Of a stretch of DNA of 42,513 nt, positions 18,616 to 26,375 are shown piece by piece (position 1 is the stretch's first letter; each line of letters starts with the position of its first letter). The DNA comes from a virus: the IMG/VR virus record IMGVR_UViG_3300048605_000012, one strand, 5' to 3'. The position numbers and the translations under genes were made by a program. Below the pieces are notes generated by a model. That model saw nothing but the letters and a program-made list of their open reading frames with translations. It was not told the DNA's origin and made no database searches.

Positions 18616-19902
18616 CTATTTTGCTTGCTGATAAGCTTTTTTTAATTTGTTATAGCCATTTTTGTTGCCGTATTTCAAGTTTTGGTACTCATTTAGGTTT
18701 ATCGGCGAATCTTTCTTACCCAAAACATCTTTCAACGACCTGTATTCAGCATTGTCACGCTTGGCATTGACTACTTTTCTCCTCTGTATAGCAATTTCAT
18801 CATCCGAATACTTTTCTTTCAGCTTATTCATCCAGTCGTTATAGGTCGTATCATCTCTGATCGGAATAACTTTACTGCTGATAGGATCTAATGCGTTTCT
18901 AGGTAGATTCAGAGTACGTTTACTGTACATGACAGCTATTGTTCTACACCAAGGATGAAACGGCGGATACGTTCCGCTAGCACCGTTTACCTTAGCTTCA
19001 GAAACTGGATAAATTTTATGATCTTTAGCTTTACAGATTTCAGACGTTCGCAAATCCAACACAGCAACAAGCATGTACTCTTTTACGCCGTTGTCTTGCC
19101 ACGCTTTTAGTTTTGCTTGGTTAGCCATGTAATTAGCTTCTGTACGAATCAAACGCCTAGCGACACCAATGGAACGGTCAAATTCACTAGCTATTGCCTT
19201 AGTCATTTCAAACTCAGACATGCCAGTCATAGACTCGACAGTGAACAACTCTTCTAGCCTAGCTGCCAAAGCTTCAGTATCTCCCCATATCCGTTTAGAA
19301 TAATTCGATCCATGCCAGTGGCTATCAAGGATGTTTTTTGTATACCTGGTCGATAGTTCCTTAAACTGATAATCCTTCTTATTCCAGACCTCGATGACTA
19401 TGCCATTCTTAGCATTCTCTTGCGCTTTTCGGATGACTGATTCAGCCGTTGCCTCACGATACGATTCGTGAATAGCATCTACATAGAATTCCGTCTGCTT
19501 TTCTAGTTGAATATCAGCAACTTGCTTAGAAACTAAAAAAGACTTGGCTTTCAAGTCCTCCGCACGAGTGATGCGCTCTTTAAATGCTAATGCTTGCAAT
19601 CTGTTTTTTGCTGAAGCTTGTAATTCAGGATCTTTAATCTGTTTAGATAGTTTTCTCAACTCTGTTAAATCTTCAACTGATGTTGTTTGGTTCAGTATCC
19701 GTTTAGCCTCATCCTCAGATAGTCCAGATCGTTGCTGAGAGCGAGTAAATAGCTTCCTAACCTTTTGGGTTAAATATGTTTGTGCTTGTCTATACGCTTT
19801 CGCCACAGCTTCCTCAACTTTGATTGCATCATCGTTTATCTTTTGTTCAGCATCAACATTGCGGCGTTCCCAGTAGGATAGCTTGCGTTTCTTTTGAGCC
19901 AT
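18616..19902 (-). CDS. Head morphogenesis protein (SPP1 gp7 / Mu F-like, 428 aa)
   Basis: Sits downstream of the portal. Motif: TYPPFHPWCRT. Confidence 0.8.
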   Translation of the reverse strand: MAQKKRKLSYWERRNVDAEQKINDDAIKVEEAVAKAYRQAQTYLTQKVRKLFTRSQQRSGLSEDEAKRILNQTTSVEDLTELRKLSKQIKDPELQASAKNRLQALAFKERITRAEDLKAKSFLVSKQVADIQLEKQTEFYVDAIHESYREATAESVIRKAQENAKNGIVIEVWNKKDYQFKELSTRYTKNILDSHWHGSNYSKRIWGDTEALAARLEELFTVESMTGMSEFEMTKAIASEFDRSIGVARRLIRTEANYMANQAKLKAWQDNGVKEYMLVAVLDLRTSEICKAKDHKIYPVSEAKVNGASGTYPPFHPWCRTIAVMYSKRTLNLPRNALDPISSKVIPIRDDTTYNDWMNKLKEKYSDDEIAIQRRKVVNAKRDNAEYRSLKDVLGKKDSPINLNEYQNLKYGNKNGYNKLKKAYQQAK

Positions 19903-19914
19903 TTAATCAGCTCC

Positions 19915-20118
19915 TTATTTCACCCCACCAGTTAAAATGCTGATAGAAAATTTTAAAGCTTGCTCTTCGTTAAATCCCTCTTCTAAACATTTATCGAACA
20001 AATATTTCCCTTGCTTCGCTATATAATCAAAACTTTTTTGCATTTCAAAGAAAGTAGCTTCAAGTGTTTGATTGTTCTCGTTCATCTTCATTAGCTCTTT
20101 TAACTGTTGTTCATTCAT
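19915..20118 (-). CDS. Hypothetical small protein (67 aa from MNEQQLK)
   Basis: GGAGGA RBS. The start overlaps the portal stop by 8 nt. Confidence 0.55.
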   Translation of the reverse strand: MNEQQLKELMKMNENNQTLEATFFEMQKSFDYIAKQGKYLFDKCLEEGFNEEQALKFSISILTGGVK

Positions 20119-21550
20119 CTTCTTCGTCCTCCTCTGGCTCATCATCCAAATCTGAATGACTATCTTCAGCTTGTACACCTAACACTTTAGCTTGGAGTTT
20201 CATGTTTTCCTCTTTTTGCTGATTCAGCATTTCAACCACTTCTTGTGGATTATCGATATCATCCAACCAACCTAAGCTAATTAATAACGGTATAAACTCT
20301 TGCGATTCCTTGATCTGATTTATGATATCCGATCGGTTGATTGGCAAGTTAGGTTTAAATTTGATAGTTGTTCCTTCGACATCCACATTATGACCTTTTA
20401 CATTCAAAATATTTTGCAACAGTTCCAAACGCTGCATGATCCCATCTTCCAAGTATCCAATTTTGATTGACAATACAAGCAGCAATCCAAACAACTTATA
20501 TTTCATTGCTTCTCCGGATTGAGTACCAGCAAAGTTTTCATCATTCAGATTAGGTACATAGGTAGTCTTGTGGAAATCATCAAGTAAAGAGTCAGCAAGT
20601 GTTTGTACTTGAGTTTCATCAAACGTGTTAGTAGCATACTGAAAATCTCCACCATCTGATTTTGCTGGCGCTTCAATGGCCATGGTTCCATTTATCTCTT
20701 CTGGTTTTTCATCTGGCAAACCAAATCCGAACATAATCATAATCGCTTTGACGAAGTTTTTCTTGTCTTTGATACGATCAGTTTGCAGAATATTATATCC
20801 ATCAATCTGAGACAGTTGCTGCTCGTAGTCGCCTTGCTTTTCTTCGTTGTTTCTAAACTCAACCACAGGCACATCCTTGTAGTAATGTGATTTAACTTTA
20901 GGATTCGGAGATTTATTGATTAGGCTTGTAGGATCTAATCGCTTCGTTTTAGATAGATAAGTGATCACCCACTTTTGAGTGTAAACTGTTATCTCCCAGA
21001 ACGTTCTTCTTTTCAAGTCTCGTTTCTTGACCATACGAACAGCAAATAGTTTCGTGCGATCGATAGTATCATCAACCACTAAAAACATCCCTCTAGGGTC
21101 AATCCAAGCAATTTTAGGCACTGTTTCCGGAACATCGTTTCCTTCTGTGCCAGGTTTAATAGCAAGGTAATGCAACTCAAGACCCATGCCCATTGTTGAT
21201 AAACCTTTTTCTAGTTCCTTGTCGTGTTTCTTAATTTTCATCTTTTCTAATGCATCGGTAACTGGTGTAATATCTTTATCCTTTGCTGGTGCATAAGAGA
21301 CAGGAGCGCCCACTGTGAATCCCACCATCATATCCGTTACATATTTAGCATTGTTGACAAAGATTTCATCCATATCGTGTGGCGTTCGGATCTTCGTTTG
21401 TCCGACCTTATGTGGTTTACCTTCGTAGTAATCAAACAACATATCAAGCCGCGGTATTTCTTTTTTATGCTCATCCATGCAAAAATTGATTACTTCCATA
21501 CTTGGGTTATTAATATCACCAGCTAATTCACGATCAATAGCGATTGCCAT
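20111..21550 (-). CDS. Portal protein (479 aa, SPP1 gp6-like)
   Basis: Size fits, it directly follows terL, and it has an acidic C-terminal tail. Confidence 0.85.
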   Translation of the reverse strand: MAIAIDRELAGDINNPSMEVINFCMDEHKKEIPRLDMLFDYYEGKPHKVGQTKIRTPHDMDEIFVNNAKYVTDMMVGFTVGAPVSYAPAKDKDITPVTDALEKMKIKKHDKELEKGLSTMGMGLELHYLAIKPGTEGNDVPETVPKIAWIDPRGMFLVVDDTIDRTKLFAVRMVKKRDLKRRTFWEITVYTQKWVITYLSKTKRLDPTSLINKSPNPKVKSHYYKDVPVVEFRNNEEKQGDYEQQLSQIDGYNILQTDRIKDKKNFVKAIMIMFGFGLPDEKPEEINGTMAIEAPAKSDGGDFQYATNTFDETQVQTLADSLLDDFHKTTYVPNLNDENFAGTQSGEAMKYKLFGLLLVLSIKIGYLEDGIMQRLELLQNILNVKGHNVDVEGTTIKFKPNLPINRSDIINQIKESQEFIPLLISLGWLDDIDNPQEVVEMLNQQKEENMKLQAKVLGVQAEDSHSDLDDEPEEDEEDE

Positions 21551-21563
21551 TCTTTCACCTTCT

Positions 21564-22859
21564 TTATTCCATCCATGTAGGACGATTAGTAATTTTAACT
21601 TTGTTGCTCTTGAAGATAATCGTGTAAACGAAATATCTTACGGCATCCATTGCATGGTCATTTTGCTTTATAGGCTTATCCTCTCCACGATCCATTGCTT
21701 TAGAATCCCATATATAAGAACTAAATTCCTTTAGGGTATTCACACAAGAGGAATTAAACGCTATTTTTTCTTCGTTAAGAAGAGTACCAACAAAACGAAT
21801 GCCATCTAGCACATCATTTTTTGCTTTTCTTATTTTGAAGTTTCTCTTCTTTAATTCGGCAATAAAAGAAGCAGCGGACGGATCCACAATCACTTCTTTA
21901 ATACGGATGCCTTCTGTAAACTTCTGTAATTCATCAGCAAATTCACTATCGGTCTTTTGTTTCTTGCTATCACGTCCAGAATAATAGAATTCTTTTACGC
22001 AATACCAGATGCCATCTTTGCCTTTTTGCCACAACAAAAATACGGTAGCGTTCTGCGTACCGTAGTCAATGCTTATATAATTATCACCAAAGATGAAATC
22101 AACTAATTTATTGTAGACATGCTTTGATTGATCAAACATATCGTAAATGATACCTTCAGCAACTGTCCACAAACCAAGAATATACCGTTTGTAGAAGACT
22201 CCTGAATACATGCTGCGATATCTCTTCTTGATAGACTCATCTAAACTAAGATTGTCATCCATCGTAAAGTGAAGATACACCAAATTTTTTTCTTTAATCT
22301 TGTCAATCCAATTCAGTTTGAACCAATGATATGGGCCATCTGGGTTGCAGTTAAACCAAAACTTGGAACCTTTCTCGGAACAACGCCCAGTCGCTTGGTT
22401 TACAAAGGATTCTGGCATAAGTGCTACTTCATCAAAAAACATGCCAGCTAATGTAATACCTTGAATCAAGTCTTGAGATCGTTCATCTTTACCACCAAAA
22501 ACATAGAAGTAATTGGTATTGCCTTTTTTAGTGACTTCCAGCATGTTGTCAGCACGATGGTCTTTGTAACGATATCCTCTTGATAGAAGCATGAGTTTTA
22601 ACCAAAAAAGAACATTCCGCCGAAATGAGCCGATTGTTTTACCTGCCATACCAAGGTTTTTGCTGTCAAATGTTGACATAGCCCACATGACATAAGATAA
22701 ACACATTGAAATAGTCTTGCCAGAACGAATAGCGCCATCTGCTATGATCCCGTCTTTATCTTTGACAGCAGACTTTTTTGTCCACCATGTAAGAATCATC
22801 TTCTGCTTTTTGCTGAAAGGTTTGAATTTGAAAACCGCCTGTTTTACTCTTCTGGCCAT
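21564..22859 (-). CDS. terL: Terminase large subunit (431 aa)
   Basis: Walker A-like GAIRSGKT, and synteny with terS and the portal. Confidence 0.9.
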   Translation of the reverse strand: MARRVKQAVFKFKPFSKKQKMILTWWTKKSAVKDKDGIIADGAIRSGKTISMCLSYVMWAMSTFDSKNLGMAGKTIGSFRRNVLFWLKLMLLSRGYRYKDHRADNMLEVTKKGNTNYFYVFGGKDERSQDLIQGITLAGMFFDEVALMPESFVNQATGRCSEKGSKFWFNCNPDGPYHWFKLNWIDKIKEKNLVYLHFTMDDNLSLDESIKKRYRSMYSGVFYKRYILGLWTVAEGIIYDMFDQSKHVYNKLVDFIFGDNYISIDYGTQNATVFLLWQKGKDGIWYCVKEFYYSGRDSKKQKTDSEFADELQKFTEGIRIKEVIVDPSAASFIAELKKRNFKIRKAKNDVLDGIRFVGTLLNEEKIAFNSSCVNTLKEFSSYIWDSKAMDRGEDKPIKQNDHAMDAVRYFVYTIIFKSNKVKITNRPTWME

Positions 22860-23704
22860 AGTTCTTCACCTTCAGCTTCCAATGCTGCCAAGAAACCATC
22901 GTCTTCCATATCAAACTCTTCGCTGCCATCCTTATTCTTAGCAATAGCCGCAGCAATCTGCACTTCTCGCAACCGATCACCGCCAAGATATTTCATGAGT
23001 TCTGACATGGCTTTTTGTTTGTCATAAAGTTTGACCGATATGCCGTCTTTCCCCTTTTTGACTTCTTGAATAAGCGTACCATCAACCTCTTCACTACTCT
23101 TCAGTGCAACCTGTGATGATTTGTACGTTTCTAACTCCCCAGTAAACTCGTTAAACACCTCTCGCTTCTCACCAGCATCATCATACTCATATAGTTTGTG
23201 TTCTGTTGATGAGAACTCAACGAAATCAGTGATATCAGCAAACGCCTGCTTTGCGTATTCTCTTATCAGATCTTTTACATCAAGAAAGACATCTTGCTGC
23301 AATTCCGCCTTCAGCCTTCTTAACTCGACCTTTATGCTATCTTTTGCTATCAATCTTATGCTGTTAGACCTAGCGGAATTATAGTCGCATCCATACGCTT
23401 GTTGATACGCCTTCGTTGCATTAAATGATTGTAAATAGTAAAGACAGAACAACTTTTGTTGCTCTGTCAGGTCATCGTTATTAATTATTAATTGCGGTGA
23501 ATCATTTGCCTTATCGGAGTGTTCCTTTTTATTCGGAGCGCTCCTTTTGGAATCGGAACGCTCCCAGTTATCTTGTGATTTCCATTTTCTGATAGTTGAC
23601 GGACGTTCTCCTAATTCCTTGGCTATATCTACTAAAGGTCGTTCTTTTGATTTTAGCCACAATTTATAGGCTTTATCTCTATTTGGGTTTCTTTGTCTAG
23701 CCAT
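22844..23704 (-). CDS. terS: Terminase small subunit (286 aa)
   Basis: N-terminal HTH (LVDIAKELGERPSTIRKWK) and the Terminase_2-like core LTEQQKLFCLYYLQSFNATKAYQQAGY. It overlaps the terL start. Confidence 0.85.
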   Translation of the reverse strand: MARQRNPNRDKAYKLWLKSKERPLVDIAKELGERPSTIRKWKSQDNWERSDSKRSAPNKKEHSDKANDSPQLIINNDDLTEQQKLFCLYYLQSFNATKAYQQAYGCDYNSARSNSIRLIAKDSIKVELRRLKAELQQDVFLDVKDLIREYAKQAFADITDFVEFSSTEHKLYEYDDAGEKREVFNEFTGELETYKSSQVALKSSEEVDGTLIQEVKKGKDGISVKLYDKQKAMSELMKYLGGDRLREVQIAAAIAKNKDGSEEFDMEDDGFLAALEAEGEELWPEE

Positions 23705-23750
23705 CCATTCACCACCACCTCACAGTCTGTGTTGTTTTGTAATAGTATGT

Positions 23751-23779
23751 AAAAAAAGACACCCTGTTTTTAGGGTGTC
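23751..23779 (-). terminator. Rho-independent terminator between the 133-aa gene and terS
   Basis: On the minus strand, GACACCCT-aaaaac-AGGGTGTC is followed by TTTTTTT. Confidence 0.8.
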
Positions 23780-23785
23780 AACCAA

Positions 23786-24184
23786 TTATTTTTTGAACCA
23801 ATCAAGATAGCTTTCTATCGATTTTAAATCAAATAGTTCGCCATTACCCTCATAGACGGCTTTTCCATCTCTATAAATGATATCGTCAATCTTTGTTGCA
23901 TCTAAAACTCCCGGCTCATACACTATAACCTCGATATGTGAATCTCCATCATAATCGACTTTTATTTGGCGGTCTCCGATGCTGAGTACAGTTCCTCTAC
24001 GGTTCCCAGTTTTCGCTACGTTGATATTGTTCTGATTTTCATCGATGTTAAGATCCTCAGTCAATTTATTCTTTAAATTAAAGAATTCACTTGCGATATC
24101 ATCTATAACGCGCTTCATTATCGTCAGCTTAGATGTTTCAGGTAGTTGACTACCTACATATTCTTTCAACTCTTCGTAATTCAT
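23786..24184 (-). CDS. Hypothetical protein (133 aa from MNYEELKEY), first ORF of the late region
   Basis: RBS GGAGGGTGATAAGC before the ATG at 24184. The longer track ORF (to 24403) runs through structured non-coding RNA and has no RBS. Confidence 0.65.
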   Translation of the reverse strand: MNYEELKEYVGSQLPETSKLTIMKRVIDDIASEFFNLKNKLTEDLNIDENQNNINVAKTGNRRGTVLSIGDRQIKVDYDGDSHIEVIVYEPGVLDATKIDDIIYRDGKAVYEGNGELFDLKSIESYLDWFKK

Positions 24185-24208
24185 GCTTATCACCCTCCAT
24201 TCAAAACA

Positions 24209-24237
24209 ATAATAATTGTTATTTAGAACGAAAGCAA
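24209..24237 (-). promoter_or_regulatory. Possible sigma-A promoter for the 133-aa gene (TTGCTT-17-TATTAT)
   Basis: The hexamers lie at 24237-24232 and 24214-24209 on the minus strand, just downstream of the leader terminator. Confidence 0.35.
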
Positions 24238-24240
24238 TGT

Positions 24241-24264
24241 AAAAAAGCAGCCCCGAGGGACTGC
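24241..24264 (-). terminator. Rho-independent terminator ending the structured leader RNA
   Basis: On the minus strand, GCAGTCCC-TCG-GGGCTGC is followed by TTTTTT. Confidence 0.8.
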
Positions 24265-24570
24265 AAAGTAGGAAGTACCAAAGATCATGTGAGTAATCTA
24301 ATCGACAACTCCCAAAGCCACTGGTGAGGACTTGAACCTCACTTACGAGTCGTACACATTCTATGCATAGCCTCTGCATTTCCCCGGTCTGCCACAGTGA
24401 CATAAAATTAAGACGGCTAGCGAATGAAGATAAGGAGTGTGTTCAACTCCATTCATTTTAAATTTTTGGGTGCCGTCTTAATTAAATACAGGGCGCTGAA
24501 AGGTAATCACGAAAGTAGGTCTGCCAACGAATCATAAAGGAGTGCGCCCTGATATTTAAAAATTTCTACA
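24265..24570 (-). ncRNA. Structured untranslated leader / candidate ncRNA (about 300 nt, three helical domains)
   Basis: Domain A (24489-24551) is closed by CAGGGCGC/GCGCCCTG. Domain B (24408-24481) is closed by TTAAGACGGC/GCCGTCTTAA, with nested GAATG/CATTC and GGAGT/ACTCC helices. Domain C (24317-24401) is tRNA-like. There is no RBS-preceded ORF. Confidence 0.55.
24317..24401 (-). other. tRNA-like element (acceptor-like stem plus canonical T-arm, no anticodon arm)
   Basis: On the minus strand, GTCACTG pairs with CAGTGGC. The T-arm is TGAGG-TTCAAGT-CCTCA, with the GGTTCAAGTCC consensus. No 5-bp anticodon stem or proper D stem can be drawn. Confidence 0.45.
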
Positions 24571-24575
24571 ATACT

Positions 24576-24621
24576 ATTGTATCACTGGATTTGTTGCATG
24601 TGTGTGCATGTTTTGTGCATG
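24576..24621 (-). promoter_or_regulatory. Candidate activator-dependent late promoter: three helically phased CATGCA(C/A)(A/C) repeats upstream of a TACAAT -10 box
   Basis: Plus-strand TGTGCATG lies at 24603-24610 and 24614-24621, and GTTGCATG at 24593-24600. The -10 TACAAT is at 24581-24576 on the minus strand. There is no good -35. Confidence 0.4.
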
Positions 24622-24623
24622 GG

Positions 24624-25142
24624 CTACCAATCATTAATCATGTCGATACCAAACAGAACTACCGATAAATCTTCAAGCGCTTCTTTACAGTTGCGACTAA
24701 TAGTAGAACGATCAACATGTAATTGCTCTGCTAATTTATCATCATTCAACAATGGACGCTCAATAAACTTTTTGTTAATGATTCGCCACTTCCGCTTGTC
24801 TTCCGGCTTACCTGTTGAAAGACAAATCTCCTTATAAGCTTCTAGGCATATATCAACATGCTTCATAAGCTTAACTGATTTCGCTTTATTTTGCATCAGT
24901 AAATCGAGGTTCAACCACTTATGCTCCCAAAATGTTCCTTGCACTTCCTCTACATGCTCCTCAACCGCTTCACTATGGGCTTTTAACTTGTGATAGTTGT
25001 TCATCAGCAATCTTGTATTGTGAAAAGCTCTTTTCTTGAACTGTTTTTTCTCATATTCCCTGTCTTTTTGAATTCCTTTCCTAATTTTTAGAGCTAGTTC
25101 ATCTAATTGTTTATCTGAAAGTTCATGAACATTAATTTCCAA
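24624..25142 (-). CDS. Late-gene transcriptional regulator, ArpU/RinA-like sigma region-4 HTH protein (172 aa from the TTG; the track ORF extends to 25196)
   Basis: The C-terminal LAEQLHVDRSTISRNCKEALEDL is a sigma-70 region-4-like HTH. It is the last gene before the packaging genes. The TTG at 25142 sits 8 nt after GAGGAGG. Confidence 0.65.
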   Translation of the reverse strand: MEINVHELSDKQLDELALKIRKGIQKDREYEKKQFKKRAFHNTRLLMNNYHKLKAHSEAVEEHVEEVQGTFWEHKWLNLDLLMQNKAKSVKLMKHVDICLEAYKEICLSTGKPEDKRKWRIINKKFIERPLLNDDKLAEQLHVDRSTISRNCKEALEDLSVVLFGIDMINDW

Positions 25143-25206
25143 TAACTGGACCTCCTCTTTATTTCCACCTTGACTCGGGCGTCTAGATGAATACATTTCT
25201 TTTTTA

Positions 25207-25238
25207 TTTACATTATTTTAATAATCGAGGTATATAAT
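25207..25238 (+). promoter_or_regulatory. Sigma-A-like promoter for the plus-strand small gene (TTTACA-18-TATATAAT)
   Basis: Hexamers at 25207-25212 and 25231-25238. Confidence 0.5.
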
Positions 25239-25262
25239 ATAATTATGAAAGGGGTGAAGACC

Positions 25263-25424
25263 ATGAGTGAACAATTACAAGTACCTTTTGTACACATCAC
25301 TTTAAATACTATTTCAAATCTTTTTCTTGTTTATTATGAAAACAATCCAGAAGTTTTTGCATGTGGTATAACTATAGAAAAAGCTTTAGATAATCTGTAC
25401 AAAGTTACTAGCAGACACTACTAA
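25263..25424 (+). CDS. HicB-like (antitoxin N-terminal domain-like) small protein, 53 aa, not in the ORF track
   Basis: RBS AAAGGGGTG. The sequence is MSEQLQVPFVHITLNTISNLFLVYYENNPEVFACGITIEKALDNLYKVTSRHY. The segment VYYEN-PEVFACGITIEKAL matches the HicB/UPF0150 pattern (from memory). It has its own promoter and terminator. Confidence 0.5.
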   Translation: MSEQLQVPFVHITLNTISNLFLVYYENNPEVFACGITIEKALDNLYKVTSRHY

Positions 25425-25441
25425 AAAGTAGTGCTTTTTTT
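25416..25441 (+). terminator. Terminator of the 53-aa gene
   Basis: CACTAC-taaaaa-GTAGTG followed by CTTTTTTT. Confidence 0.5.
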
Positions 25442-25516
25442 ATTTTCCAAAATGTAAGCCATGTTGATGTTCTTCATCAATGATTAAAACTCTTCAAGGT
25501 CTTACCAAGGACTTTT

Positions 25517-25693
25517 TTATTTAATGTTCCATTTACCTTGGCTTTTTCTAGCAACTTGCGCTTCTCCTTTTTTACTTTCGATTTTTTCTTTGGCAATGGC
25601 TTCTTTCTCCTTTTCATCTAATTCTTTACCGAAAATCACACTTGCAAATACTGTGCCAAAAAGTGCCACGGCTACTAACACTGCGAAATCCAT
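25517..25693 (-). CDS. Small membrane-anchored protein (58 aa, not in the ORF track)
   Basis: RBS AGGGGGA. It has an N-terminal TM segment (MDFAVLVAVALFGTVFASVIF) and a Lys/Glu-rich tail. Confidence 0.5.
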   Translation of the reverse strand: MDFAVLVAVALFGTVFASVIFGKELDEKEKEAIAKEKIESKKGEAQVARKSQGKWNIK

Positions 25694-25696
25694 CTT

Positions 25697-25897
25697 TCAT
25701 CCCCCTGCTTCCATCGCATCCCTGACTAACGGATCGTTGATAATAATCTTGTACTTCATCTGCTCATGCTGCAGCTGTTCATGTAACTGCTCAATTTGCT
25801 TTTGTTGGTCCACAATTGTATAGGATAGCCAACTCAAGCCGGCGATCGTTAGCAGTATTGATACCATAGCTAGTACTGTGTAATGATTAACTTTCAT
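25697..25897 (-). CDS. Small membrane protein (66 aa)
   Basis: One TM segment (VLAMVSILLTIAGLSWLSY). It overlaps the upstream gene end. Confidence 0.55.
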   Translation of the reverse strand: MKVNHYTVLAMVSILLTIAGLSWLSYTIVDQQKQIEQLHEQLQHEQMKYKIIINDPLVRDAMEAGG

Positions 25898-26375
25898 TGG
25901 CTTTCAACTCCCAAAATGGCGCCAATTTATATAGTTTTCCGACTTCTCTATTCAGCGAACGAACCATACTTTCTAGTACAGTCGCCCTAGTTCCGATTGT
26001 GACATTTCGCTTTTTGGCTTTTTTAACGCTTGTTATGCCGATGTTGTGGCTGAGTTCATCAAAAATCAAAATGCCCTCATGATAGTATTTCCAACCTAAA
26101 TCTTGATCGGCTTGGATTGCTTCCCATAGTTCGTTAGTTACCACGAGATAGTTATAATCACCGATAAACGTTTGACCTGCCTTTGATTTCAAATCAGCTA
26201 GCGTGACTTTGATCTCATAACAGCGAATCGTGTTATCTGTTGAATACGTGATATAGTCCACTCGCTCTTTGCCGTACCAACCGATAGTGACTTCAAAACA
26301 TCCGAAAACACCCATTTTATTTGTATAGTTCCATAAGCATTTCTCTGCTTGTCTGGTTAAATTTGTTTTACTCAT
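25887..26375 (-). CDS. PD-(D/E)XK nuclease-like protein (MmcB-like, 162 aa)
   Basis: The pattern GCFEVTIG...RVDYITY...CYEIKVTLADLKS is consistent with a D...E-x-K nuclease core. Confidence 0.45.
   Translation of the reverse strand: MSKTNLTRQAEKCLWNYTNKMGVFGCFEVTIGWYGKERVDYITYSTDNTIRCYEIKVTLADLKSKAGQTFIGDYNYLVVTNELWEAIQADQDLGWKYYHEGILIFDELSHNIGITSVKKAKKRNVTIGTRATVLESMVRSLNREVGKLYKLAPFWELKANES

Noticed and set aside
24317-24401. Calling the tRNA-like element a genuine tRNA gene
   Set aside because: No register gives a 5-bp anticodon stem or a normal D arm, and the junction between the T stem and the acceptor strand has an extra base. It is kept only as a tRNA-like element pending tRNAscan-SE.
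24185-24403. N-terminal 73-aa extension of the track ORF 23786..24403
   Set aside because: No RBS sits at 24403 and the translation looks non-protein-like (Cys/Phe/Leu rich). The extension runs through an intrinsic terminator and the tRNA-like helix. The ATG at 24184 has a strong RBS.
25524-25823. 99-aa plus-strand ORF
   Set aside because: It is antisense to two RBS-preceded small minus-strand membrane-protein ORFs (25517..25693 and 25697..25897). It has no RBS, and its composition is low-complexity Ser/Cys/Phe.
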